DNA from: Azolla caroliniana
Lineage: Eukaryota; Plantae; Polypodiophyta
Direction: 5' to 3'
DNA: 64,000 nucleotides
NCBI GenBank assembly: GCA_043228905.1
Contig: JBHGNT010000009.1
Location: forward strand, 9,858,001 to 9,922,000
Under the pieces are notes generated by a model, which was not told where the DNA came from, did no database searches, and worked only from the letters and a program-made list of their open reading frames with translations. Position 1 is the first letter of the stretch, and each line of letters begins with the position of its first letter. This document shows, one piece after another, positions 27,473 through 38,671 of the stretch. The translations under genes and the position numbers were made by a program.

Positions 27473-28965
27473 AGTTGCCGAAATTGGGAGTTGTTGTCGT
27501 AAGTCAGACTTCGTCCTTGGCCGAATCGGCCTCTTGCTTGGTCGCGTCGTCTTCCTCCATTCGAATGTGTGTAGAGCATGTGGCCTTTAGAGGTGTTGCT
27601 CCTTGTTCGAAAATGGTTTTCTTCAACCAACAACATGTATTGAAGATCGAAGAAAGAGGGAGGATTCTCCCTTGCTAGGAAGGCAGTTCTCATAGCGTCG
27701 AAACGTGGTGCAAGGCCGCCGAGGCATATTTGCACCATCTCATCATCATCCACATTGGCGCTTATTGAGCCGAGTGAGTCACAAAGCTCCATGATCCTCA
27801 AGGTGTAGCTTGTGATGGACATATCCCGTTGTTGGATGTTGTTCAACTCTTAGCGGAGTTGAAGCTTCCTCACGGTCGTGTTTGCGGCGAAAATCTTTCG
27901 TAGATTTTCCCACGCTTCCTTCGGCATCTCGGCTTCTCGAATGTAATCGAGCATGTGGTCGTGAACACATGTCACCAAGCAATACATTACTCGACTCGCC
28001 GCTTGCTCCCATTGTGCATAGTCGGTGTCTTCCGGGTCGAGCTAGTTTTCTTGTGCTCCTTTGATGTAGCTCCAATAGCCTTGACCGACAAGGTATTGAT
28101 GCATCTTGTACTCCCAAGATGTGTACTTGTTTTGATCCAACTTCTCGCTAGGGAGAGAGCTCCCCATTTGAGTATTCATGGTGTTCGATGTAGATTTCTT
28201 CCTTCTTCTTCTCTCTTGAATACGAGCTATGTAGTCGCAATACGATAGCGATGAGCCGGTTCTTCTTGAACGTCGGCGTAGAGCTCAACACACGCGGATG
28301 AGCGAGATCAAGGTACCAAATTGATCTGATACCATGTAAAGAATTGATAGTGATTCTTGTGCAACGGAATAGACTAGAGATACGTGTTGTGAGTGTGTAT
28401 GAGAGAGAGAGAGAGTGAGAGAGAAACACAAGATAGATAGATTTGAACAACTATAGAATACTCAAGATGATGTATATTACAAAGGAGATTAACCGAACTA
28501 ATTCCAAAGTAGGAGGAATGTGAAAACTCATTAGTTATGTGTCATAGAATATGATTCTATGACACATAGTTAATGTGTAGATAAGAGTGGTGACTTTTGA
28601 CCTTTGAGTGCACACTCTCAAGGGTGTGTTCACACACTAGACTAGGTTGAGCTTGATTCTCAACAACCTCAATGTGCTTGGTCCGGGCATGGAATACGGG
28701 GTTTTTTGCAAGTGGGATGTTGCTAAGGTTGTCACAATAGATTGCCGTCAGAGCGAACACCTCCACATGCAGATCCTTGACTAGCCTTTTGAGCCAAATG
28801 ACTTCGCACGTAGGGACATCCACCCCTCAGTACTCGGCCTCTATGCTCGATAGTGCCACTATCGGCTGGTTCTTACTGCTCCACCCGATCGCCGCACTTT
28901 CCAACAAGAATGTGTATCCTGATGTTGATCTGCGATCACTGGCATTTCCGTCCCAATGAGCATCC

Positions 28966-29290
28966 TGTTGAGAGATCAAGCTCAACTTAGTTTAGTTAGT
29001 TAGTCAACCATGTAACTTCGTAGTTACCTAGATATAATCTAGTTAGGAGTGTTGACTATTACACCTTAAATAGGACCTTGTACTTAAGTGGGATATTCTA
29101 GATCCTCCACTCCTAAGTACATTTAATATAGGACTTACACCTTAGTACCTATATTCTACTCACACATGTGCACCTTTGCACATGAGATGTATATATACCT
29201 CATTGTGGGTATTTTTGTATTTGATGATGATAATGCTAATTTAATATAGAGTTAATCATCCCCCATCTTGTGTTGTTCATAAGTGTTAAC

Positions 29291-29328
<38 letters not shown>

Positions 29329-32300
29329 TCTATCACACATACACACACATATCATTTAATCTTCCGCTTATCAACTAATCACATAATTAGGTACTAATTA
29401 ACCCATAATTAATCACCTAATTATTAACATGGTATCAGAGCGCATGGTTTAGCACATCCCCTAAGCCCATCCGCCTCTTCATAATAGTGTGTTCGAGATG
29501 CCAACGACAAAATCCGGTTATCCGCTACCGTAGTGCCGCTACGTAGCACGTTCACGTGATCGAAGGAAGAAAAACAAAAGAAGAGAAGACACTAATCAAC
29601 ATGAACACACAAATGGGTAGTACGCTCCCTAGTGAAAAGCTAGACCAGAGAAATTATTCATCTTGGGAGTACAAGATGAACCAATACCTCGTCGGCCAAG
29701 TGTATTGGAGCTACATCAATGAAGCTCAAGAAAATTGACCCGACCCAAAGAACGTTGGCTACTCAACATGGGAGCAAGCGGCGAGTCAAGTCATGTATTG
29801 CTCGGCAACATGTGTCCAAGACCACATGCGTAGCCACATTCGAGACACCAAGATGCTGAAAGAGGTGTGGGAGAACTTAAAGAAAATGTTCTTCACCAAC
29901 ACGACCGCCCGAAAGCTTCAACTCTGACAAGAGTTTAATAATATTTGACAAAAAGACATGTCTATGTCGGACTACACCGCCAAGATCAAGAGAATTTGTG
30001 ACTCACTTGCCTCCATCAACATAAACATCGACGAAGACAAGATGGTTCAAGTATGCTTGGGCGGCCTCACACAACAATTTGATCCATTACGGACAACAAT
30101 CTTGGCGAGAGAAAACCTTCCTTCATTCTTCGACCTCCAATCAATGCTATTGGTCGAAGAGAACCACGTCCAAACCAAAAGCAAAACGTCAGAAGGACAA
30201 ATGTTATTCTCGAATTCGGACGGTGGTCGAGGACGAGGTCACGACGGTAGAAGAGGTAAATTCAACCCATCACACGAAGGGGACTCAAACCTTCACGGAA
30301 CCTTCGGAAGAAGGGGGAGCTTCCACGCCGAACATGGTCAGCAAACGAGTCCTGCAACTTGCAATTATTGCGGCAAAATCAACCACTATGAGGCGGAGTG
30401 TCGGAAAAAGAGAAGCGAGTTGGCTTTAACAAGTCGACAACTCAGAAACTACACATCAAACTCTGACTATGACAATCATAGTGGAATGTTCACGAATCAC
30501 GCATCAAATTCCGACTACAATGATCTAGTAAAATGTTTACAAATTACGCCACGAACTCCGACTACGGAGACCGTGGCGGAATGTTCATAAGGAGGCATAG
30601 AGCGAACTCTATGACGGCCTCCAACTCCGCAAGCACCTCCAATTCGGAAGACATGTGGTTCGTCGATTCCGGTGCCTCATATCACATGACATGCCACAAA
30701 GAGTGGTTCAATGACTTGCGTACACCGGATCGACCCGACTACATAGAGACGAGAGACGACACCATGCATCCCATTCGGCACATCGGCAACGTTCCATTCG
30801 GCAATAATGGCAAGAACAATTGCATCAAGAATGTCTTGCATGTGCCCACAATAACAAAGAATTTGGTCTCCGTCAGCCAAATCATGGAGCAAGGCATGCA
30901 AGTCCGCTTCAACAAACAAGCATGCTTCATGGAGAAAATGGCCGACTCATAGCGAAGGGGCGGAGAGACATTTGAATGTTCATCCTCGATTCGAACGAGG
31001 TAAAATCGGCAATGTACACTAAAAGTCTCAAAACCGAGACAAGCATTGACTTGCGGCACAAGAGAATCGGCCACATAAACCTCCAACGGCTTCAAGCAAT
31101 GGAAACGAAGGGAGTCGTCATCAGACTTCCCACATTCAAGTCGAAACGAGTCGACCAAGTATGCGAAGCGTGTCAACTTGGGAAACAACATCGACTCCCA
31201 TTCTCGAAGGAGAGCCACGCGAGCAAATGCCTCCTCGACATCATACACTCGGATGTATGGGGACCGGCTCAAACACTGATGTTCGGCAGATCCCGATTCT
31301 ACGTCACCTTCATCAACGACTACTCGCCCTATGCGTGGATTTTCCCGATAAAGAAGAAGAGCGAAGTGTTCTCCCACTTCCAAAATCTCAAGGGGCAAGT
31401 CGAAAAAGAAACTTGTCGGCACATTCGATGCCTACGATCGGATGGGGGCAAGGAGTACTTCTTCGATGAATTCACCTCCTACCTCCAAAGTGAAGGCATT
31501 CGAAGAAAATTCTCATGCCGACACATCCCCCAACAAAATGGAGTCGCCGAAAGGAAAAATCGGCAAATACTCGAGGTAGCACGTGCCATGATGCATGAGA
31601 AGTACATGCTAAATTTCTATTGGGCCAAAGCGGCATCCACGGCCGTGTATCTCATGAATCGATGCACCACTAATGGAGTGCATGACCTAACTCCATACGA
31701 GCTCTTCGTCGGAAGGAAGCCAATCCGGTCGCACCTCAAGGTGTTCAAAAGTATTGCAAATGTACGCATCCGTAATGAACAACGACATCTCGATGCGAAG
31801 TCGGAGGAATGTATCCTCATAGGATACTCGTCCATGAAGAAGGCATACAAGTGCTACAACCCTTCTACCCGAGCGGTTCAGGTAAGTCGAGATGTAGTCT
31901 TTGACAAGTCTGCATCCTGGCACGCACTAGAGACAATTTCGACTCCGACTCCGCTCGACCCGGAATTCGCCGAACAATAGGTAGAAGATGGAGATCGCTT
32001 TGAACACATGTTCGAAGAAAGTCTGATTACGGCAAGGCCTAGTGGGCCACAAGAGCCCCCACACGACCCAAGCACGTCGCGGCCAAGTACGAACTTGGAC
32101 AAAGGTAAAGGTAAGATGCCCAAATAGGAAGTCGACCACCCCGACGACAATGATTCCGATGGATTGGCTCCCTCACTAGATAGTGAGTTTGGCAAGAGAA
32201 AAACTTCGACGCTCATCTAGAGCAAAGAACCCCGTCACTTGGCTCGGCTACAACGAGTACATGGCCCATCACTATGCCTTCGTGATGAAGGTAGCAGCCG

Positions 32301-32947
32301 AACCAGAGCCCAAGAGCTCCACCGAAGTGGCTTGTAACCCATGATGGGTGGAAGTAGTCGATCTTCGCCCACACACTACAAGCCTTCGTCGTTGGCTTGA
32401 GGGGAAGGACCTGAGATTACCACGGCGAAGAAAGCCAAAGGCCGGATGGAAGCCACACAGAAGCTGACATCGAAAGTCGGACAACGCCGAAAGCCAAAGC
32501 AAATGTCACACTTGAGCTTGAGGGGGCATGTTGAGAGATCAAGCTCAACTTAGTTTATTTAGTTAGTCAACCATGTAACTTCGTAGTTACCTAGATATAA
32601 TCTACTTAGCAGTGTTGACTATAACACCTTAAATAGGACCTTGTACTTAAGTGGGATATTCTAGATCCTCCACTCCTAAGTACATTTAATATAGGACTAA
32701 CACCTTTGCACATGAGATGTATATATACCTCATTGTGGGTATTTTTGTATTTGATGATGATAATGCTAATTTAATATAGAGTTAATCATCCCCTATCTTG
32801 TGTTGTTCATAAGTGTTAACTTCCTCTCTCTCTCTCTCTCGCTTCCTCTCACACACATACACACACATATCACTTAATCTTCCACTTATAAACTAATCAC
32901 ATAATTAGGTACTAATTAACCCATAATTAATCACCTAATTATTAACA
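28966..32947 (+). mobile_element. Copia H: internally deleted Ty1/copia (gag, PR, IN present; RT and RNase H missing)
   Basis: LTRs 28966-29429 and 32529-32947, perfect TSD CATCC, PBS TGGTATCAGAGC 29430-29441, PPT before 32529. Integrase ORF 30976-31980. The sequence jumps from the start of the RT region (~32350) to the 3' tail. Confidence 0.93.
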
Positions 32948-35900
32948 CATCCGTGTAGCCAACTAACTGTTCGGCTACTCTTGCCTGATATAGCAACACC
33001 ATGTCCTTAGTGCCGCTGACATATCGCAATATTCTTTGCGTGCAATGAAAATGTTTGGACGTGGGTTGCGACATAAATTGACTAATCAAGCCAACTGGGT
33101 AACTAAGATCCGGCCGAGTGATCCTCAAATAGATTAGGCTTCCAACAATGTGTTGGGTCGCATGCCTTTCCCGAATCTCGGGGAAGCTTTGCGTTTCTGT
33201 CTAGAGGGGTCGAGATGGGCTTACAATCTGCCATCTTGAATGTGAAGAGCATATTCAGCACGTAGTGACGTTGGCTGATCAATATGCCTTCGGGGTGCAA
33301 ATCACTTTGATCCCTTGGAAGTAATGAAGGTCCCCTAGATCCTTGATGTCGAATGATGCCGCAAACTGAGACTTTACACGACCGATTTCATCTAGGTCGG
33401 CCTGGCAAGACTAGATCATTAACATAAAGTAAAAGACTAATCCGTCCATGTTGACCTTGCTGAACAAACAATGAAGAGTTCGATATGGACGCCGTAAACC
33501 CCATATCATGCAGACGCGTGGGGCTTGCTTTAGTTTGTAGAGGGACTTCTTCAGTCGGCAAACTGCCGAGGTGTTCTGGTCGTATAGAAATCCAGGGGGT
33601 TGTACCATGTACACCTATTCCTTACGATCACCTTCCAGGAACACATTCTTTACATCCATATGATGTAAGTGTCATCCCTTCGCAGCTACTACGGACAGTG
33701 GTCATCTTTGCGACAAGCGCGAAGGTCTCATCATAAACGACACCGTGCTTCTACGCGTAGCCTTTCGCAACTAACCGGGCCTTGTATCGGTTGATTGAGC
33801 CGTCAGTGTTGTACTTCACCTTGTACACCCATCTACATCCAATCGGCTTCACACCTTTAGGTGCGTCCACCAAGTCCCAAGTCTCATTGTCTGATAACGC
33901 ATGCATCTCTTCCTTCATCGTGGCACACCAGTTCGCGTCCTTTGCCGCTTCTGCATAGCTCTCTGGCTCACGTCATGTACATGTAATGATGTGCCATGTA
34001 CTCGTATCCGAAGCGTACCACGGGGTTCTTCTCGCGGGTAGATCGGTGTAATTGCTCATTAGCCGATTTTGAAGCCCTCTTGGCCAATGCCGACTTCATT
34101 TCCGAAGTTCTATCTTTGTTCTTCTCGGAGTTGCATTTGCTTTTATCCGACTCGTCCTTATCAGTGTCATACTCCAGCATCTTCTTCTTTCCCTTCTCTT
34201 CGCGCATAAGCCGTCTCCTCGGCTTCTTGCGTGGGGAATGCACCGGCCAAGTCACCACTACTCGTCGGCTCTATGTCTGATTGGTCATGCCGACTCAATG
34301 GCTCATTCAGCCCACTTAGTCTGAATGAGATCGGACCCTCTTCAAGAGCTTCGATGTCTCCTTCATCCCGAGGCATTTCAGCCTCGCTGACCTCTTCGTC
34401 AGTGATCGGAATGGAGTTGTCAGTGGTTGGAGGCGAAGCCAAGTACCGCGATGTGGACTCGTCAAACACAACATCATGACTTATGTGAGCTTGTTTGCTT
34501 TGGGGGTTATAACATTTATAACCCTTCTATTCATCCGAGTAGCCAACCAAGATACACTTCTCGTCTTTGGTGTCCAACTTCCTCCATTTCTCCTTCGAAA
34601 CATGCACATACGCGATGCTACCGAAAACCCTCAAGTGTGCCAAGTTCGGCTTCTTCTTGATGTTGGGGACAAGGCCGTCAATGCGGAAGTGCAAGCAACA
34701 TTCGTAATGAAGAAGAACCTGTGTATGCGCATGAGCAAGATAGACACGGAGAGAGAGAGAGAGATATATAGGCACAAAGAAATCGTATTATTTCTTAGTA
34801 GCAAACGTGTATGCGCATGAGCAAGATAGACACGGAGAGAGAGAGAGAGATATATATAGGCACAAAGAAATCGTATTATTTCTTAGTAGCAAACGTTACA
34901 AATGACAACCAACCTTTTCTAAAGGTTACAAAGTCACTTTATATAGTGACTGCCCTAGGGCAACTGCCCTTTATGCTATTTATAGAAATAGCCCAAACTT
35001 GGGTTGTCCAAAGGTATAGTGTGAATACGGCCATTATACACTCGTATTCGACACTCCCCCGTAATGGGCGTATACATGGGTTATCTAAAAAAGTACAAGT
35101 ATATACAAAGGTTTATCGGACAGATCGGTTTTGTTAGAATCGACAAGATTCGAAGACAGAAGACCGAACCGATCAAGTCGGAAGAGTTGAAGCCGATCCT
35201 CAAAGAACCGATGTTGGTGGTCCGAAACCATCCTGTGATGTGTGTCTGACTTTAACTGGACCAATTTTTCGTTACGCCCATTTGGTGCCAAAGGGACCAG
35301 AAATGATCCGCCAAAAGACACTTGGTCATTCCATCTGCGACATTATCAGTTGTGGATATCTTCGTTAGACCGATTTTCCCTGAAATGACGCAGTCCCAAA
35401 TGAAGTGATATCGAACGTTGATATGCTTGGAGGTGTTGTGGTGAACTGGATTCTTTGACAAAGCAACAACACCCTGACTATCGTTGCAGACAACTGGAGC
35501 CGAGTCGGAGTCGACCTATTGAAACGTGTGCACCAGTCAACCGAGCCATAAAGCTTCTTTTGCTGCGTCGGACGCAACTACATATTCTGCTTCAGTCGTT
35601 GAGGTGGCTGTACACTCCTGAAGTTTCGACTTCCACGAGATTACTCCATTTCTGAATTTGAAACAGTATTCAGTTGTTGATTTCCGACTGTCCACACAGT
35701 CGGCGAAGTCCGAGTCGGTGTAACCAACTACGCCTGAGGTTGAGTTCGAGCCGAAAAGAATGTTGTGGTCTTTTGTGCCAGCTAGATATCTAAACACATG
35801 CTTGACTGCATTCTAGTGTCATCAGCCGGGATTGTGCATGAATCAGCTGACGACTCCTATGGCGTGAGAAATATCAAGTCGTGTCGCGACCATCTCGTAC

Positions 35901-37504
35901 ATAAGGGAGCTGACTTCATATCTTCCCCCTCCGGACCGGATGTCGGGCAGTCCGCTGAGACAACCGAAGGTTAATGGGGAGCGGGGTCGAAGCAAACTTG
36001 GCCGATTGCATGTTGAAGCGTTCCAAGACACATCCAATGTAGTCAGTTTGAGATAGGAAAAGTTGTCGTTGATTGCGATGCAAAGTAATCTTCATACCGA
36101 GTATGTGTCTTGCCGAACCGAGGTCCTTCATGGCAAACTTTAACCGTAGTTTCCGAACGAGTTCGGTGAGCTCTCCGGTATGTCGACCGGAGAGTAGCGT
36201 GTCGTCCACGTAGATGATGAGGAAGATGGGAGACCCGTCTTGAGCTATTTTGGTCCTCATCGCTCTTTGAGAAGCCGACCGACTGGATGAAGTCATCGAA
36301 CTTCTTATACCACTGTCAGGGGGCCTGTTTCAGACCATAGAGACTCTTCCTGAGTCGGCAGACTAGATGTTCCTGGTCGGATGCCACAAAGCCTTTCGGC
36401 TGCTCCATATAGATTTCCTCCTGTAGGTCACCGTGGAGGAATGCCATTTTTACATCTAGCTAAATCAGCTCCAAGGTGGAGGAATGCCATTTTTACATCT
36501 AGCTAAATCAGCTCCAAGTTGTCGACGGCCACGACGTCAAGCATGAAACGAAGGGTCGTCATTTTCCCCACTGGTGAAAAGATTTCATCGAAGTCAATGC
36601 CATATTCTTGTCTAAATCCCTTCGCAACTAATCTGGCCTTTTACTTTGGGTTGGTCGAGTCGGACGTCTCTTTTAGTCGATAGACCCACTTACATGGAAG
36701 AGCACATCGATTCTTCGGTAATTCGACCAAGTCCCAAGTCTTGTTTGCCCGAATGGAGTGCATTTCCGACTCCATCACCAAATGCCATGTGGTTGAATCG
36801 GCAGACGCCGATGCTTCTTCGTAAGACGTCGATTCGCCATCGTCGGTAAAGAAAATTCCGGGAGAGTACCTGTCATGAAGACATACATCTTGGCTTATCA
36901 TGACATTCATCTTGGCGAACCAGGAATTGAACCCATAACCTCTTGGTTTACATATTGTACTTTAACCATTGTAATAACATATGTGAGATGTAATCATAAT
37001 AATTATATGTTTAGTTATTACGAGATATTTAGAACATTCTAGATTATTCTAGAATGTTCTTGAATATTTCATGATTATATTTATTATTATTATTATTCAT
37101 AAATATCTAAAATATTCTAGAACATTCTAGAATACTCCATAAGGGCCTATAAATAAGAGTCCATACACTCATCACAACTCATTCGGTTCAACACCAGTCT
37201 TTAGCCCTTAGCCTACTCCTTGTAATCTTCTTTCTCATAATATAATCTCATTCCCATTTCTTATCTCTCACTTATACTTTTCTCTCTCTCGCACTCTCTC
37301 CCTCTTTCACTCTCTTTTGCTATCACTATCGCTATCTCTACCGCTCTCGCCATCTCTATCGTTATCGTTATCTCTATCGCCATCGCTCTCTCTCTGCTTC
37401 CTACTCAAGAGTCACGACAGTTTGAACCGAATATTTCTTTTCCCTTTCTCCAATAACCCTAGCAAGCTTTCTTCTTTATCCTTCTTTCTTTTTCCCCCGC
37501 GGTT

Positions 37505-38632
37505 ATGGAGTCGGTCAGCAAGCAAGAGTATATGCGTGTCCTTTCGGAGCTCGATATGCTCACCACTAAGTTTGTGGCATTAGAGCAAGAAAATCAAAGG
37601 CTACTCGGGGATCTTCAACAAGTCAGTACTGAGAAAGCTCATCAATATGAGGAGTTATCACAACGGGTTCATCAACTTGAGGCTACTATATTAACATTAC
37701 GAGAACAAGCGGCGGGGGTTCAAAACTCCCCAAGGGAACCAAAGATTAGCCTCCCTGCCAAGTTTGATGGTACCAGATCTCTCTTTCGAGGTTTCCTGAA
37801 TCAAGTTCGTTTGGTGATTCAGTTACATCCCAATCGGTATCCAACTGATGCTGCCCGTGTGGGATTAATAGGAACCTTGCTAAGCGGTACAGCGTTAGCA
37901 TGGTTTGCACCACTTCTTGAGAAGAAATCACCATTACTGGAGGATTTCGAGGCATTCGTTAAGGAGTTTCAAGCTAGTTTTGGAGATACGGATAGCACTA
38001 GGACTGCAATAAACAAGATTCGAAGACTCCGACAAGGAGATCGTCCCGCTTCAGCTTATGCCGCAGATTTCCGTCTCTTGGCATGCGACATCCCTTGGGA
38101 TGAGGCAGCCTTAATGGATCAATTCCGTCAGGGTTTGCGTAACGATGTCAAAGATCTTCTTCTTACTTTCCATGAAGATCCAAAGTCTCTTACTGAAGCT
38201 ATTAGCCGAGCTGTGCGATGTGATAATCGCCTATTTGAGCGACGTTCTGAACGTCAACAAATGTTACGCCGCCAACCGGAACAGACATACGCTTCTGTAG
38301 TCGCCACACCGCCACAAGGTTCTAGACCCGTTACGAGGGATGGTCCCACTCCGATGGAAATAGAGTCGACACAACGTCGAGGGCCCTTATCAGATGCTGA
38401 GAAACAACGACGTCGGGCGCATCGCCTATGCCTCTACTGTGGTGGTCCAGGACATATAGCTGTGAATTGTCCACATAAACCCAGGCGTCAAGTTTACCAA
38501 GTAAGTGCACATGACAACCCTACATCAAGTTCTACTATCACTTCTAATAACTTAAGTACTAAGCCTAATAGCCCATGCCATGAGAATAGATTTGATGTCT
38601 TGAGCCAATTAGAGGATGTGTTAAACGAATAA
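37505..38632 (+). CDS. gag: Gag of gypsy J (375 aa)
   Basis: N-terminal coiled coil, capsid-type PAKFDG..LSGTALAWF..LRQG..YAADF, zinc knuckle CLYCGGPGHIAVNC. Confidence 0.95.
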   Translation: MESVSKQEYMRVLSELDMLTTKFVALEQENQRLLGDLQQVSTEKAHQYEELSQRVHQLEATILTLREQAAGVQNSPREPKISLPAKFDGTRSLFRGFLNQVRLVIQLHPNRYPTDAARVGLIGTLLSGTALAWFAPLLEKKSPLLEDFEAFVKEFQASFGDTDSTRTAINKIRRLRQGDRPASAYAADFRLLACDIPWDEAALMDQFRQGLRNDVKDLLLTFHEDPKSLTEAISRAVRCDNRLFERRSERQQMLRRQPEQTYASVVATPPQGSRPVTRDGPTPMEIESTQRRGPLSDAEKQRRRAHRLCLYCGGPGHIAVNCPHKPRRQVYQVSAHDNPTSSSTITSNNLSTKPNSPCHENRFDVLSQLEDVLNE

Positions 38633-38671
38633 GTCCGGCCAAAATAGGAGCCATTTGGTTGGACCATCCTA
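38620..38671 (+). promoter_or_regulatory. Predicted -1 ribosomal frameshift signal (slippery heptamer plus H-type pseudoknot)
   Basis: G_TTA_AAC at 38620-38626, a 6-nt spacer, then stem 38633-38643/38654-38664. Loop TAGGA is complementary to TCCTA at 38667-38671. pol is in the -1 frame relative to gag. Confidence 0.75.

Larger units (their letters stand above)
10141..28665 (-). mobile_element. Copia B: degenerate Ty1/copia (5' LTR 28335-28665; gag 27145-28180; protease/integrase 10141-11493), split by gypsy C and gypsy A; 3' part outside the window
   Basis: iMet-type PBS at ~28323-28334, zinc knuckle CGYCGKIGH, integrase HSDVWGP/FIDDFSR/LRSD, many stops and frameshifts. Inserted into the RNase H region (HARTKHIEV) of copia F. 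Confidence 0.88.

Noticed and set aside
27278-27566. Apparent tandem duplication in copia B gag
   Set aside because: The two copies flank a 100-N gap, so this is most likely overlapping contig ends rather than biology.
36436-36518. ~42-bp tandem duplication in copia I RT
   Set aside because: An ordinary slippage-type lesion in an already degenerate element.
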